Origin: a virus
Length of the DNA: 64,000 nucleotides
Direction: 5' to 3' (one strand)
IMG/VR virus record: IMGVR_UViG_3300036834_000211
Span: 32,001-96,000 of that record
The translations under genes were made by a program, and so were the position numbers. Under the pieces are notes generated by a model, which saw only the letters and a list, made by a program, of their open reading frames with translations, did no database searches and was not told the DNA's origin. Shown in pieces: positions 19,387-28,225 of this stretch (its first letter is position 1; each line of letters opens with the position of its first letter).

Positions 19387-19772
19387 GTCTGATCTCCATT
19401 GGGGAACTCCGGCTCTGTGAGGTCGACCCAGCCGCGTGGTGCGAGCGGGGTCTCGAACTCCGAGTGAGCCTCGAACCACCAGTCTGGAATGACTGTCCAT
19501 GGACCCCAGCCCTCACCGCTCTCGTCCTCGTACACTCCGCCTCCCCAGACGGCTACGAAGTAGCCCTTGTCCTTCGTGTATCCCAGGCCCTCGCAGTGGG
19601 CACCGTAGATGGTCAGGATGGTTCTTTCTGGCGGGGATCTGAGATCCTCCGTCTCTATGTCCACATAGATACCGTCGTCGGGACGGGATTCGTAGTACGG
19701 GTCGCTGTCGTGGTCGTGCCAGACTAGGATCGGCCGGTCCGTCGGGGCATCCTTCATCGGTCTCAGCTTCAT
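19383..19772 (-). CDS. DUF551-like hypothetical protein (antisense insertion)
   Basis: 'RPM..AP.DRPILVW ... P..W..L.EP' pattern; RBS GGAG. Confidence 0.6.
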   Translation of the reverse strand: MKLRPMKDAPTDRPILVWHDHDSDPYYESRPDDGIYVDIETEDLRSPPERTILTIYGAHCEGLGYTKDKGYFVAVWGGGVYEDESGEGWGPWTVIPDWWFEAHSEFETPLAPRGWVDLTEPEFPNGDQT

Positions 19773-19807
19773 TCGGATCTCCCTATCAGGTCAGGAATAA
19801 ATATACC

Positions 19808-20266
19808 ATGGCGTTCAACACGATCACGTCGGCCTCCGCGACGTTCTACCTGACCATCGCCCAGGTCTACCCGCAGGGCGTCAACCTGATCGGATTCGGC
19901 GTGGACGACGCGTTCGTCGCCGAGACGGTAGACGCTGCGGAGACCCGGGTGGGCGTCGACGCGTACGGCGTGATGGGTTACAGACCGCGCGAGGTCCCGA
20001 TGTCGATCCGCTTCCTCGCGGCGTCTCCGTCCATAGTTGTGTTCGAGAACTGGTTAGCGGCCGAGGATCAGCTCAACGACAAGTTGCCGGCAACCGCTAT
20101 AATCACGCAGCCCGCGGTCAACCGCAAGTACGCGTGTGCCTTCGGCGCGCTGATGCGCGTCTCGACCCTGGCTGAGGCACGTCGCGTCTTGCAGGACCGG
20201 GAGTGGCGTATCACGTGGCTGCCCCAGGGGCCCGGCCGGCCGGCGGTCAGCGCGGCGCCGATGTAG
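19808..20266 (+). CDS. Tail tube protein
   Basis: 'TITSA.A...L....VYP....L.GF..DD.F', 'GVD', 'L.A.SPS...FE.W'; follows sheath. Confidence 0.8.
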   Translation: MAFNTITSASATFYLTIAQVYPQGVNLIGFGVDDAFVAETVDAAETRVGVDAYGVMGYRPREVPMSIRFLAASPSIVVFENWLAAEDQLNDKLPATAIITQPAVNRKYACAFGALMRVSTLAEARRVLQDREWRITWLPQGPGRPAVSAAPM

Positions 20267-20269
20267 CGT

Positions 20270-20497
20270 CTAGCGAGCCAGGTTCCAGGCCGGGACACTT
20301 CTCGACATGCACGCGTAGTACGGCAAGGCCGCGCCGGGTTCGACTGTCCCACCATTCGCATCGTTCATCTCCATGGCCTTCGCCTTGCAGGTACTCGCGG
20401 AGGGATGATTGGAAGTCGTCTCGTCCCACGGTATGACGCCCGTGCACGGCTGGTTGATGCCGTACCAGCATAGGAAGATCGCGTAGATCGTATTCAT
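20270..20497 (-). CDS. Small Cys-containing exported/membrane protein (antisense insertion)
   Basis: Hydrophobic N-terminus, 4 Cys. Confidence 0.45.
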   Translation of the reverse strand: MNTIYAIFLCWYGINQPCTGVIPWDETTSNHPSASTCKAKAMEMNDANGGTVEPGAALPYYACMSRSVPAWNLAR

Positions 20498-20578
20498 TTT
20501 ATCAGATCCTATCACTTCTCATCCGTGATGTAAGCGCGCTTGCGAAAATTTGCAAGACTCCACTGAGAGAAATGTTCA

Positions 20579-20794
20579 ATGCCACGTCGAATCTGTCCTA
20601 CCTGCCACGGGCTGCGTTCCGTCCGCTACGGTGCGGGAATCTATAGGTGTCCCACGTGTCTCGGATCGGGAGGTGTTCCGCTCGGATTGGCTCCCCTAGA
20701 CATCTCGCCAGTGGAGCGTCAGAGCGGTCTCAGTCGAGCCGACACCCACGTCTCCAGGGGCCGCCCCCCGCCCATACCGGGACCTCCCAGGTAG
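20579..20794 (+). CDS. Small zinc-finger protein (CxxCxG repeats)
   Basis: CPTCHG...CPTCLGSG. Confidence 0.45.
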   Translation: MPRRICPTCHGLRSVRYGAGIYRCPTCLGSGGVPLGLAPLDISPVERQSGLSRADTHVSRGRPPPIPGPPR

Positions 20795-20806
20795 TGGAGG
20801 AGCCTA

Positions 20807-21379
20807 GTGCTCAGTTCAGATTGGACCCGCCAGTATGGCAGTCGGAAGGTCAAGATCGTGACGATCCCCGGCGTCCGGTCCGAGCAGCCCGGACAGAGGG
20901 ACAACGGCAAGAGCTTCCTGCTGGTGGAGATGGCCGCGCGTCCAGCGGAGAAGTGGGCGAACCGCGCCTTCCTCGCACTGGCCCACTCCCGGGCCGACAT
21001 CCCACCCGGCATCGCCGAGAGGTACGCGAGGGTCCGAGGGGACATGCGTCAGATCGAGGCCATCGCCGGCCTGCTGGGACACATGCACTTTCCCGAGATC
21101 GAGCCCCTCATGGACGAGTTGATGGGTTGCGTCAGCTTCGTCATCAATTCCGGACCCCCTCCCGTCACCAGATTGCTGAACGATTCCGGCAGCGTGGACG
21201 ACGACGTCGAAGAGATCTCCACTCGCCAGCACCTGCGCGCGGAGGTCATCGATCTCCACGTGGGTTTTTCCGTGCCCGCCGCGGTCATCCTCTTGATCTC
21301 GGTGGGCTCGACGATGACGGAGATTTCGGAGCCGACCTCGTCGAGTACCCGAACGTCCCGCCGACGATCGCGGCGATAA
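20807..21379 (+). CDS. Tail assembly chaperone
   Basis: 'RD.GK.F...EM.A..AE.WA.RA.LAL', 'L.DELM.CV', 'D.EE.ST...LR.EV..LH.GF'. Confidence 0.8.
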   Translation: MLSSDWTRQYGSRKVKIVTIPGVRSEQPGQRDNGKSFLLVEMAARPAEKWANRAFLALAHSRADIPPGIAERYARVRGDMRQIEAIAGLLGHMHFPEIEPLMDELMGCVSFVINSGPPPVTRLLNDSGSVDDDVEEISTRQHLRAEVIDLHVGFSVPAAVILLISVGSTMTEISEPTSSSTRTSRRRSRR

Positions 21380-21528
21380 TCTCGTCGTCCTCTGGCAGGG
21401 CAATGGCGACCTTGCACGAATTGGATACGGTATACGGGGTCGAGGATCTCTACGACATGCTGGAGGTCCTGGAGGTGGATGCTCACAATAAGCGCATCGC
21501 GCAGGCTGCTCTGAACAAGAGAGACTAG
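21262..21528 (+). other. Programmed -1 frameshift site and extension of the tail chaperone (G-T type)
   Basis: Slippery G GGT TTT at 21262-21268 in the correct phase; -1 frame encodes 'Y.NVP.TI..I.S...ATL.EL.TVYGVEDLYD.LE' and ends at 21528, just before the tape measure gene. Confidence 0.75.
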
Positions 21529-21529
21529 G

Positions 21530-23257
21530 GTGGCTACGGTTATAGATGAACTCGTGGTCCGCCTAGGCCTCGACCCGACCGACTTCGACGAGGGCGAGGC
21601 CAGGCTCATCGCATCCCTGCGCAGGATGGAGGCCGCGGCCCAGCGCGGTGGTCGCCAGGTGACCGACACGGTCGGCAGGGACACGATCGCCTTCTTCCGC
21701 GCAGTCGAGAACCCGATCTCCGGGCTGCGACGGACCTTCGAGGGCATGGTACTCCAGACCGAGCGCACCCGCGAGAGCCTGCGGAAGACCGGCGAGGAGG
21801 GCGAGGCGTCCGGCGAACGCGTGGCCCGCGGTACGTCTGCCGCGACCGCGGCGATGCGCGGCCTCGGCGTCGCCGGCCTTGCCGCCTTCGCTGCGTACGA
21901 GGCGCTGAGCAAGACGCTCGGTGCAGTCACCGACGTCGCCGGGCGAGTGTTCGCCACCGGGATAGGTGCCGGTGCTGCCGGCATGGGTATCACCCAGTTC
22001 GGTGCGATCAGCCAGGCGCTGTTCGCTGGTGGCAACGTACCCCAGGCCGAGACTCAGAACTGGCTGGCCCAGTACTCCGAAATGCAAGGGCAGGCTGCCA
22101 GGGGTATCAGCCCCGGCATTGGCTTCATAACCAACCTGAACAAGCTCCTCAACCAGGAGACCTTCACTGGCATCGACCCATTCCGAGACTCGCCCGAGCA
22201 GATAATAACCAAGCTGGCCGCCCAGCTCTCCGCCATGCCGGAGGCCCGGGCGTACAGCGCCGGCAATGCCCTCGGGCTGAGCCGGCAGATGGTCTCGGGC
22301 CTGCGCGCGGAGGGTGAGCGACTCCCGGCCGACATCGCGGAGCAGCGACGCAGGGCCCCGACCGGCGAGGATCTGAGGGCCGCGCAGCGCCTGATTCTGG
22401 CCGAGGACAAACTGGCCACGGCGTGGGAGAAGCTCGAGCGCGACCTACTACTCAGCGGTATTGCCGAGGGCCTGACCAGGTTGGCGTCGTGGCTCGATAC
22501 GCTGATAGCCCCCGGATCCAACGACCCCCGCGGGTTCCTGGGGCGCTTCTTCGGCGGATCTCGCCCGGAGTACGGAGAGGGGGCAGTGGTCAGCGGAGGC
22601 TCCGGGGGACAACTGTCGCAGGTCGTCGCCGGCGGCCAGGCCGACCAGTTGGTCGACTACATCATCAAGCACGAGGGTCACTCCCCCACCGGCGTCGTGA
22701 ACAACCCGGGCAACATCAAGTTCACCGGCGCCGAGGGGCAGACCGACTCCGGCGTCCGCGCCACCGACGGCGGCACCTTCGCGTCCTACCCGACGCCGGA
22801 GGCTGGCCGCGCCGCCATCGCCGCTCAGATCAATAGGGCCGCGAGCGGACTGTCCACTGCGTACGGTCCCAATCCTACCGTCAGCAGTTTCTTGAGCAAG
22901 TACAGCGGCGGGGGATACAGCGGCTCGGATCTGGCCATCGCACCACCGCCACCGACGACTCCTCCTCCCGCTGGCAAGCCCAGTACGGTGCACGTACCCG
23001 ACCCGCTGGACTGGATACTGGGGCCGGTCGACCCGGTGGCGAAGGCTCCCATTCCCGCCAAGCAGGCTGCCCTTCGCTCCATCCAGATGGCAAACGCGAC
23101 GAATAACACGTCGACGACGCACAACTACGGTGACCAGCACGTCGACATCACCGTCAACGCCCCGACGAGAGAGGCCACCGCAATTGCCAACTCGGTCAGC
23201 GACCAGGTGAGGCAGCTTCCGCCCATGGCCGGACCGGCCAACACGGGTCTGGCGTGA
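21530..23257 (+). CDS. Tape measure protein with C-terminal muramidase-like domain
   Basis: 'ATVIDELVV.LGLD'; C-terminal 'E.....NNPGNIK...FA.Y.T.EAG'. Confidence 0.85.
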   Translation: MATVIDELVVRLGLDPTDFDEGEARLIASLRRMEAAAQRGGRQVTDTVGRDTIAFFRAVENPISGLRRTFEGMVLQTERTRESLRKTGEEGEASGERVARGTSAATAAMRGLGVAGLAAFAAYEALSKTLGAVTDVAGRVFATGIGAGAAGMGITQFGAISQALFAGGNVPQAETQNWLAQYSEMQGQAARGISPGIGFITNLNKLLNQETFTGIDPFRDSPEQIITKLAAQLSAMPEARAYSAGNALGLSRQMVSGLRAEGERLPADIAEQRRRAPTGEDLRAAQRLILAEDKLATAWEKLERDLLLSGIAEGLTRLASWLDTLIAPGSNDPRGFLGRFFGGSRPEYGEGAVVSGGSGGQLSQVVAGGQADQLVDYIIKHEGHSPTGVVNNPGNIKFTGAEGQTDSGVRATDGGTFASYPTPEAGRAAIAAQINRAASGLSTAYGPNPTVSSFLSKYSGGGYSGSDLAIAPPPPTTPPPAGKPSTVHVPDPLDWILGPVDPVAKAPIPAKQAALRSIQMANATNNTSTTHNYGDQHVDITVNAPTREATAIANSVSDQVRQLPPMAGPANTGLA

Positions 23258-23934
23258 GCGGATTACCTCCCCTGCTCCTGCTGACCCAGGATGATCTCAG
23301 CATACTGTCGGAGTTCGGTCCACCGCAGTGGGGCATCTTCGACGAGGGCGGGCAGCCCGTACTAATCTCGGAGTCTGTCGGAGAACTCGGGTACCACCGT
23401 GGGTACGACGTCTCAAACTATCCCCAGGAGATGGGGGCGTTCGCCAGCTACAACAAGGTTCAGATCCCCTACGACGCGAGGGTGACGCTGCTGTCCAGCC
23501 AGACGCGGGGACAGCTCCTCTCGATACTCGAGCCGGTTGCGGCGTCGCTCCAGTTGGTGGCGGTCGTGATGCCGGAGTACGGATACCCCAGCGCCAACGT
23601 GGTGGACTACGAATTCCGGCGCACGGTCAGGAGCGGCGTTACACTAATTGCGGTGGAGGTGAGGCTCAAGGAGATCCGGACCCCGACTACCTCCACACTC
23701 TCCAGTTCTCAAGGTAACTCCACCTCGCCCGCCGGAGCCGGAGCCGGAACCTCGAGGCCCGTCGGACAGGTGAGCAACCAGGCGCTGGGAGGTGGACTCA
23801 CCTCCAGCCTGTTCCCGTCGGCGACCAGCACCAGCTCGACGAATGCCGCTTTCCCGACTCAGAGCGGACCGGTCCAGCCGACGGATCGGTCGTCCCTCAC
23901 GTCGCCCTGGGTCGCCATCCAACCCCCGACCTGA
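23254..23934 (+). CDS. Baseplate/tube initiator protein
   Basis: 'QWGIFD..G', 'VS.YP.E.G.FASYNKV..P'; directly after tape measure. Confidence 0.75.
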   Translation: MSGLPPLLLLTQDDLSILSEFGPPQWGIFDEGGQPVLISESVGELGYHRGYDVSNYPQEMGAFASYNKVQIPYDARVTLLSSQTRGQLLSILEPVAASLQLVAVVMPEYGYPSANVVDYEFRRTVRSGVTLIAVEVRLKEIRTPTTSTLSSSQGNSTSPAGAGAGTSRPVGQVSNQALGGGLTSSLFPSATSTSSTNAAFPTQSGPVQPTDRSSLTSPWVAIQPPT

Positions 23935-23945
23935 GTGTAAAGTCG

Positions 23946-25190
23946 ATGCGCAGCCGACTCGGTCTCCTCCTCACGATCCTCCTCGTGCTCTCGCCCGCCG
24001 CGGCGAGGGCCCAGACCGCGTGCACGGTTCTCCCCCAGTCGTCCCTGCTCAATCTGTTCTCCGACGCCGCGCCGGTGGCCTCGATCGTCCCTGCCTACGT
24101 GCGCAACGCGATCTGTAGCTCTCTCAATCCGACGAATAATCTCTCGGACGTGGCGTCGCAGCAAACGTCGATAAATAATCTATTCGGACCTAATACTTAT
24201 TTGAAGATCCTGGGTAGTGGGGCATTATCCGTTCCGTCATATACATCATTGTCCACGCAGGGGACTCTGTCGGGAACGCCTGCGGGATCTTCGATTGATG
24301 TCAATTATGGGTCTACGACGCCACTCTCGACCATAGCAGTAATCAGCGATACTGCGACGAATCAGCTGTTGGGAGGAGTAATACCAGCTCTCAGCATAGC
24401 TCACACGTTTGGCGGTACTGGAGCCGGTCCAGGCGCTCGACAGGGGATTTTTGTTGATCTTGTCCAAAATGGAAATGTCGGTTCCGGTACGGGAGCCTTT
24501 CAAACTGGGATCTTTTCGAATGTGTGGGCCAGGAGCGGAACCGGCGGCGGCCAATTCTACGCCTATGCAGGACAAGTAATCGACGACCTAAACGTCTCTC
24601 ACTATGGTACGGTCGGTGGCGAGATCGACTTGGCATTGCACCAGCCTGGGGCTGGGATCAAAGAAGGATGGGCGGTTGCGTCCACCCCGTTGGGGAGCGG
24701 GAACGACACACAGCAAGGTACCAACTATTCGGCCGGCTATGGGCTGTGGGCCGGCGGCTCGTGCGGGAATGGTGCACTCGCCGGGGGGAGCGCCTGCGCC
24801 GGCTTCAACACAGGCATTTCGTTCGGCCGCTCCGATAGTTACTGGCCCATTTCCAACGCCGGTACGGTGATCGCCGCAACGCAAGGGGTCGGCACGATTG
24901 GTAATATGAAGGCGGCGCAGGGCATCGACATGCACAACGTCACCTTCAGCACTTACGCGCTGAATTTCCCTGGATTCCAAGTCACTGGCGACGGCAGCCT
25001 ATTTGCCGGCGGCGCATCGGGTCTCGGCGTGGCTAAGCAGTCGAGTGGTCCGGGTGCTGGACCGGGCGCCGCGGTCGTCAGGATAATTGCATTGCCGGGC
25101 ACAACGGGAGGCACCTGCAAACTGGTGGCCTATGCCGGCACGAGCACCACGGGTGTGCTCTTGGCTGATAACATTGGTAGCGGGTGCTGA
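23946..25190 (+). CDS. Signal-peptide Gly-rich fibre/spike-like protein
   Basis: Leader ending AARA; 'NNLSDVAS.......NL' fibre motif; Gly-rich beta repeats. Confidence 0.6.
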   Translation: MRSRLGLLLTILLVLSPAAARAQTACTVLPQSSLLNLFSDAAPVASIVPAYVRNAICSSLNPTNNLSDVASQQTSINNLFGPNTYLKILGSGALSVPSYTSLSTQGTLSGTPAGSSIDVNYGSTTPLSTIAVISDTATNQLLGGVIPALSIAHTFGGTGAGPGARQGIFVDLVQNGNVGSGTGAFQTGIFSNVWARSGTGGGQFYAYAGQVIDDLNVSHYGTVGGEIDLALHQPGAGIKEGWAVASTPLGSGNDTQQGTNYSAGYGLWAGGSCGNGALAGGSACAGFNTGISFGRSDSYWPISNAGTVIAATQGVGTIGNMKAAQGIDMHNVTFSTYALNFPGFQVTGDGSLFAGGASGLGVAKQSSGPGAGPGAAVVRIIALPGTTGGTCKLVAYAGTSTTGVLLADNIGSGC

Positions 25191-25194
25191 GTAG

Positions 25195-25845
25195 ATGAGC
25201 GGCAGCCCGTGGGGGAGTCAATTTGGTCCCCAGTTCGGGATCGGCATCCGTCCCGGTCCCTCGACGCTGCCGGTGCCTGGTGGGATCCCATACATACCGC
25301 CGCCGGCCGCGCCAAACCTCTCGACCGCCTACTCGATCGTCCCGACGAGCGAGGCGCCGGCCCAGCAGATCACGATAACGCTCGCCGGGCAGGCGTGCCT
25401 GATCAGACTGTACACGAAGAGCACCAACGTGCCGACGATCGACCCGGGGGAGATCCCGACCGACCCCGAGCCGCGCTACGAGAACATCAACCCATGCTTC
25501 GTCGACGTGTATACCGGCAGCGGGGCTAACTTGATCGTGGGCGGGGTCTACGTCCGGCAGGGGACGCTGATCGTGCGCGACGTCTACCTGGGATTCGTCG
25601 GCGACCTCGTGGTCGTCGACACGACAGGCGCGGCCGAGGACCCGCGCGGGGTGCCGGCGAGGCTGCCGCCGACCTACCTGAGGAATCAGACCCAGCTCGC
25701 CGAGTACCCACTGGCCGACGGCGACATGGCCCCACCGGCGGTGGCCGGCCGCATCCCCGGTATGGGGACTCGTTGGATACTGACGTACTGGCCGGTTGGT
25801 TCGTACGTGCCCGGATACTCCTTGCCGCGCTCGGTGGCAGCGTGA
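25195..25845 (+). CDS. Baseplate plug-like protein with N-terminal F-repeat extension
   Basis: 'VP....P.Q...ITL.GQ.C.I.LY', 'YLGF.GDL...DT.G..DP', 'G.G.RW.L.Y'. Confidence 0.7.
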   Translation: MSGSPWGSQFGPQFGIGIRPGPSTLPVPGGIPYIPPPAAPNLSTAYSIVPTSEAPAQQITITLAGQACLIRLYTKSTNVPTIDPGEIPTDPEPRYENINPCFVDVYTGSGANLIVGGVYVRQGTLIVRDVYLGFVGDLVVVDTTGAAEDPRGVPARLPPTYLRNQTQLAEYPLADGDMAPPAVAGRIPGMGTRWILTYWPVGSYVPGYSLPRSVAA

Positions 25846-26792
25846 GCAACGGCACCACTACCCTGCCGGACGTCTCGGTCACCGCCCAGGCTCCCTCGCC
25901 GGTCGTCACGACGCTCCAGGCACCCTACGCGGTCCGGAAGATCGACCTCACGTTCCAGATCGGCACGGGGGACTTCGGTGTGTCCGGAGCGGACCAGCTC
26001 ACCCTCACCGGCCTGCGCGTTTATGCCCACCTAGAGGCCGTCGTGTCTCCCCACATGGCCTCGGTCGCGTTGTTGCGCGTTTATGGTATGTCTCTCGACC
26101 ACATGAACGCCGTCTCGGTGGCTGGATTGCTGTACCAGAGTCGGAAGAACCTGGTCCAGGTCAGGGCAGGAGACGACGCGTCCGGCATGACGACCGTGTT
26201 CGACGGTCTTATCACCGAGGCCTACCCGAAACTCGACGGTGGCGCTGACGATCGTCACTTCTACGTCTACGCGACGCCGGCCACTGCCATCCAGCTCAAG
26301 CCGGTCTCGCCGTCGAGCTACCCCGGCTCGGTGCCAGCGTCCCAGGTCCTCAAGACCCTGGCTCAGTCCGTCGGCTACACCCTCCAGGACAACGGCGTCA
26401 CCGCCGTGCTACAGACTCCCTACCTGCCCGGCACGGTGTGGCAACAGATCCAGGCCGTCGTCGCAGCGGCGGACTGCTTCGCGTTCCTCGACAGCGTCAA
26501 CAAGGTGCTGATCACCTGGTCGAAGAATAGCAAGACGACACCTCCAGTGACGGTGATTGTGGGACCTCAGACCGGCATGATCAATTATCCGATGTTCCAG
26601 AATAAGCAGATCATCGTTCGCACGCTGTTCAGCCCGTCCATGGCCATCTCTCCGGGCACTACCGTGCTCGTGCAGAGTGAACTGAAGGCTGCCAACAATG
26701 CTAAGCTGACCCTCAACATGGTTACCCACGAGCTGGAGTCTCAAGAGCCAGGTGGTCCCTGGGAGACTATCCTGATTGGGTCGCCGCCGTGA
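25842..26792 (+). CDS. Baseplate hub protein
   Basis: 'R.ID.TF', 'A.LRVYGM....MN', 'V.AGD...GM..VF.G.I', 'TGMI.YP', 'H.LES..P.G.W.T'. Confidence 0.8.
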   Translation: MSNGTTTLPDVSVTAQAPSPVVTTLQAPYAVRKIDLTFQIGTGDFGVSGADQLTLTGLRVYAHLEAVVSPHMASVALLRVYGMSLDHMNAVSVAGLLYQSRKNLVQVRAGDDASGMTTVFDGLITEAYPKLDGGADDRHFYVYATPATAIQLKPVSPSSYPGSVPASQVLKTLAQSVGYTLQDNGVTAVLQTPYLPGTVWQQIQAVVAAADCFAFLDSVNKVLITWSKNSKTTPPVTVIVGPQTGMINYPMFQNKQIIVRTLFSPSMAISPGTTVLVQSELKAANNAKLTLNMVTHELESQEPGGPWETILIGSPP

Positions 26793-27532
26793 GCGACGCC
26801 GACACCTACGCCTATGTGGGGGCCCAGGATGCCGGCACCACCGTACATCCATTCAATACTACGGACTTCCACATCGACCAGGCCATCGCCGACGTCCGTA
26901 CGGCTCAGTACGCGAAGGTGATTCGGGGCGCCTACGACGCTAACGGAAACGACATCCCGCCAGGTACCATAGGACCGATAGGCTTCGTCGACGTCCAGCC
27001 GCTGGTCAACCAGGTGGACGGCAACAACGGGAACTCCACACCACACGGGACGATCTATAAGATCCCATACTTCCGGTACCAGTCCGCGCTCGGCGCGATC
27101 ATCTCGAACCCGAAGAAGGACGACATCGGGGAGATCATCATGCACGATCGGGACACCAGCGTCGTTCGGGCTACGGGAGCCCAGGGAAACCCGGGGTCGA
27201 GAAGACGGCACGACTTTGCTGATGCCGTATTTCACGGCTCGCACATTGACACCGGGACACCAACCCAGGGAGTAGCCTTCTCAGATACTGGCGTAAAGAT
27301 ATTCGACAAGAACCACAATACGGTCACGCTGGCCAACAACCTGATCACGATCAAGGTCGGAAATGCAACCTACACGTTCGATCAGAACGGGCTCTTTACA
27401 GCTAGTGGGAATGTTATTGCGGGCCAGGGCGGGTCGGATCAAGTGACGTTACAAGGACATCAGCATACTCAACCTAATGATAGTCATGGAGATACAGAAC
27501 AACCTACGAATGCTCCTACCGCAGGTACTTAG
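26789..27532 (+). CDS. Baseplate central spike (Gp138-like N-terminus)
   Basis: 'VDVQPLV.Q.D', 'PY.R.Q', 'P...D.G.....DRD.S', 'PGS.RRHD.AD', C-terminal HxH metal tip. Confidence 0.85.
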   Translation: MSDADTYAYVGAQDAGTTVHPFNTTDFHIDQAIADVRTAQYAKVIRGAYDANGNDIPPGTIGPIGFVDVQPLVNQVDGNNGNSTPHGTIYKIPYFRYQSALGAIISNPKKDDIGEIIMHDRDTSVVRATGAQGNPGSRRRHDFADAVFHGSHIDTGTPTQGVAFSDTGVKIFDKNHNTVTLANNLITIKVGNATYTFDQNGLFTASGNVIAGQGGSDQVTLQGHQHTQPNDSHGDTEQPTNAPTAGT

Positions 27533-27536
27533 GCGT

Positions 27537-27643
27537 AGCCTGCCAGCGACTGCGCGTGCACTCCAGCTTGAAGAAAAGGGCGGCCGCTATGCGAGTAGCG
27601 GTCAGTGGTACCATCAGGCTGGACGAGCCTTAGAGACGATTTC
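27537..27643 (+). repeat. Dispersed intergenic element copy 2
   Basis: agcctgc..ctgcgcgtgcactccagcttga, then 48 nt later tggacgagccttagagacgatttc (23/24 with 51086-51109). Confidence 0.8.
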
Positions 27644-27655
27644 TGAGACATACAC

Positions 27656-28225
27656 ATGAACACCCTCGCCCTTTCCACCCCCGACCAGGACGGCACCGGC
27701 TGGGACCTGGTCGTCGAGAACGGCACCCTCAAGGTGAACTCCGGTGGTATCGCACTCGCACAGGATGTGGCAAGCGCCGTCCGCACGTTCCGAGGTGAGT
27801 GCTGGTACGACTCGACGCTCGGCGTGCCGTACTTCCAGAACATCCTCGGCCTCCGCGTTAGCCTGCAGTTTCTGAAGCAGGCGCTTGTGACGGCTGGGCT
27901 GGTCGTCCCCGACGTGGCCTCGATCAAGTGCTTCCTGACCGGGCCGGGCTCGGGCCGAGAGATCGGTGGTCAGCTCCAGATCACCAGCTCGAGTGGGCAG
28001 GTCTCGGTGGTCGAGACCGGAAACCTGCTCGGCGTCGCGCCGTGGTGGGTGAGTGCGGTCTCGGGAGACATTGCCGCAACTCCTCCGATGGCCGGTGGAA
28101 GCGACTTCGGACCGCCGGACTTCGGACCGCCGGACTTCGTCCAAGGTGATGCTACTGCAACTCAGACTGTACTCACCGGAGGCGGGGTCCCACTTACGGG
28201 AGGGGGTAAGGTATTGACACAATGA
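27656..28225 (+). CDS. Baseplate wedge/sheath initiator protein with C-terminal repeat tail
   Basis: 'WDL....G.L......A.AQDVASA.RTF.GE.WYD.T.GVPY'; tail with DFGPP repeats. Confidence 0.8.
   Translation: MNTLALSTPDQDGTGWDLVVENGTLKVNSGGIALAQDVASAVRTFRGECWYDSTLGVPYFQNILGLRVSLQFLKQALVTAGLVVPDVASIKCFLTGPGSGREIGGQLQITSSSGQVSVVETGNLLGVAPWWVSAVSGDIAATPPMAGGSDFGPPDFGPPDFVQGDATATQTVLTGGGVPLTGGGKVLTQ

Noticed and set aside
20647-21261. 5' part of the 293-aa ORF 20647-21528
   Set aside because: Overlaps the real chaperone frame; only the part after the slippery site looks coding
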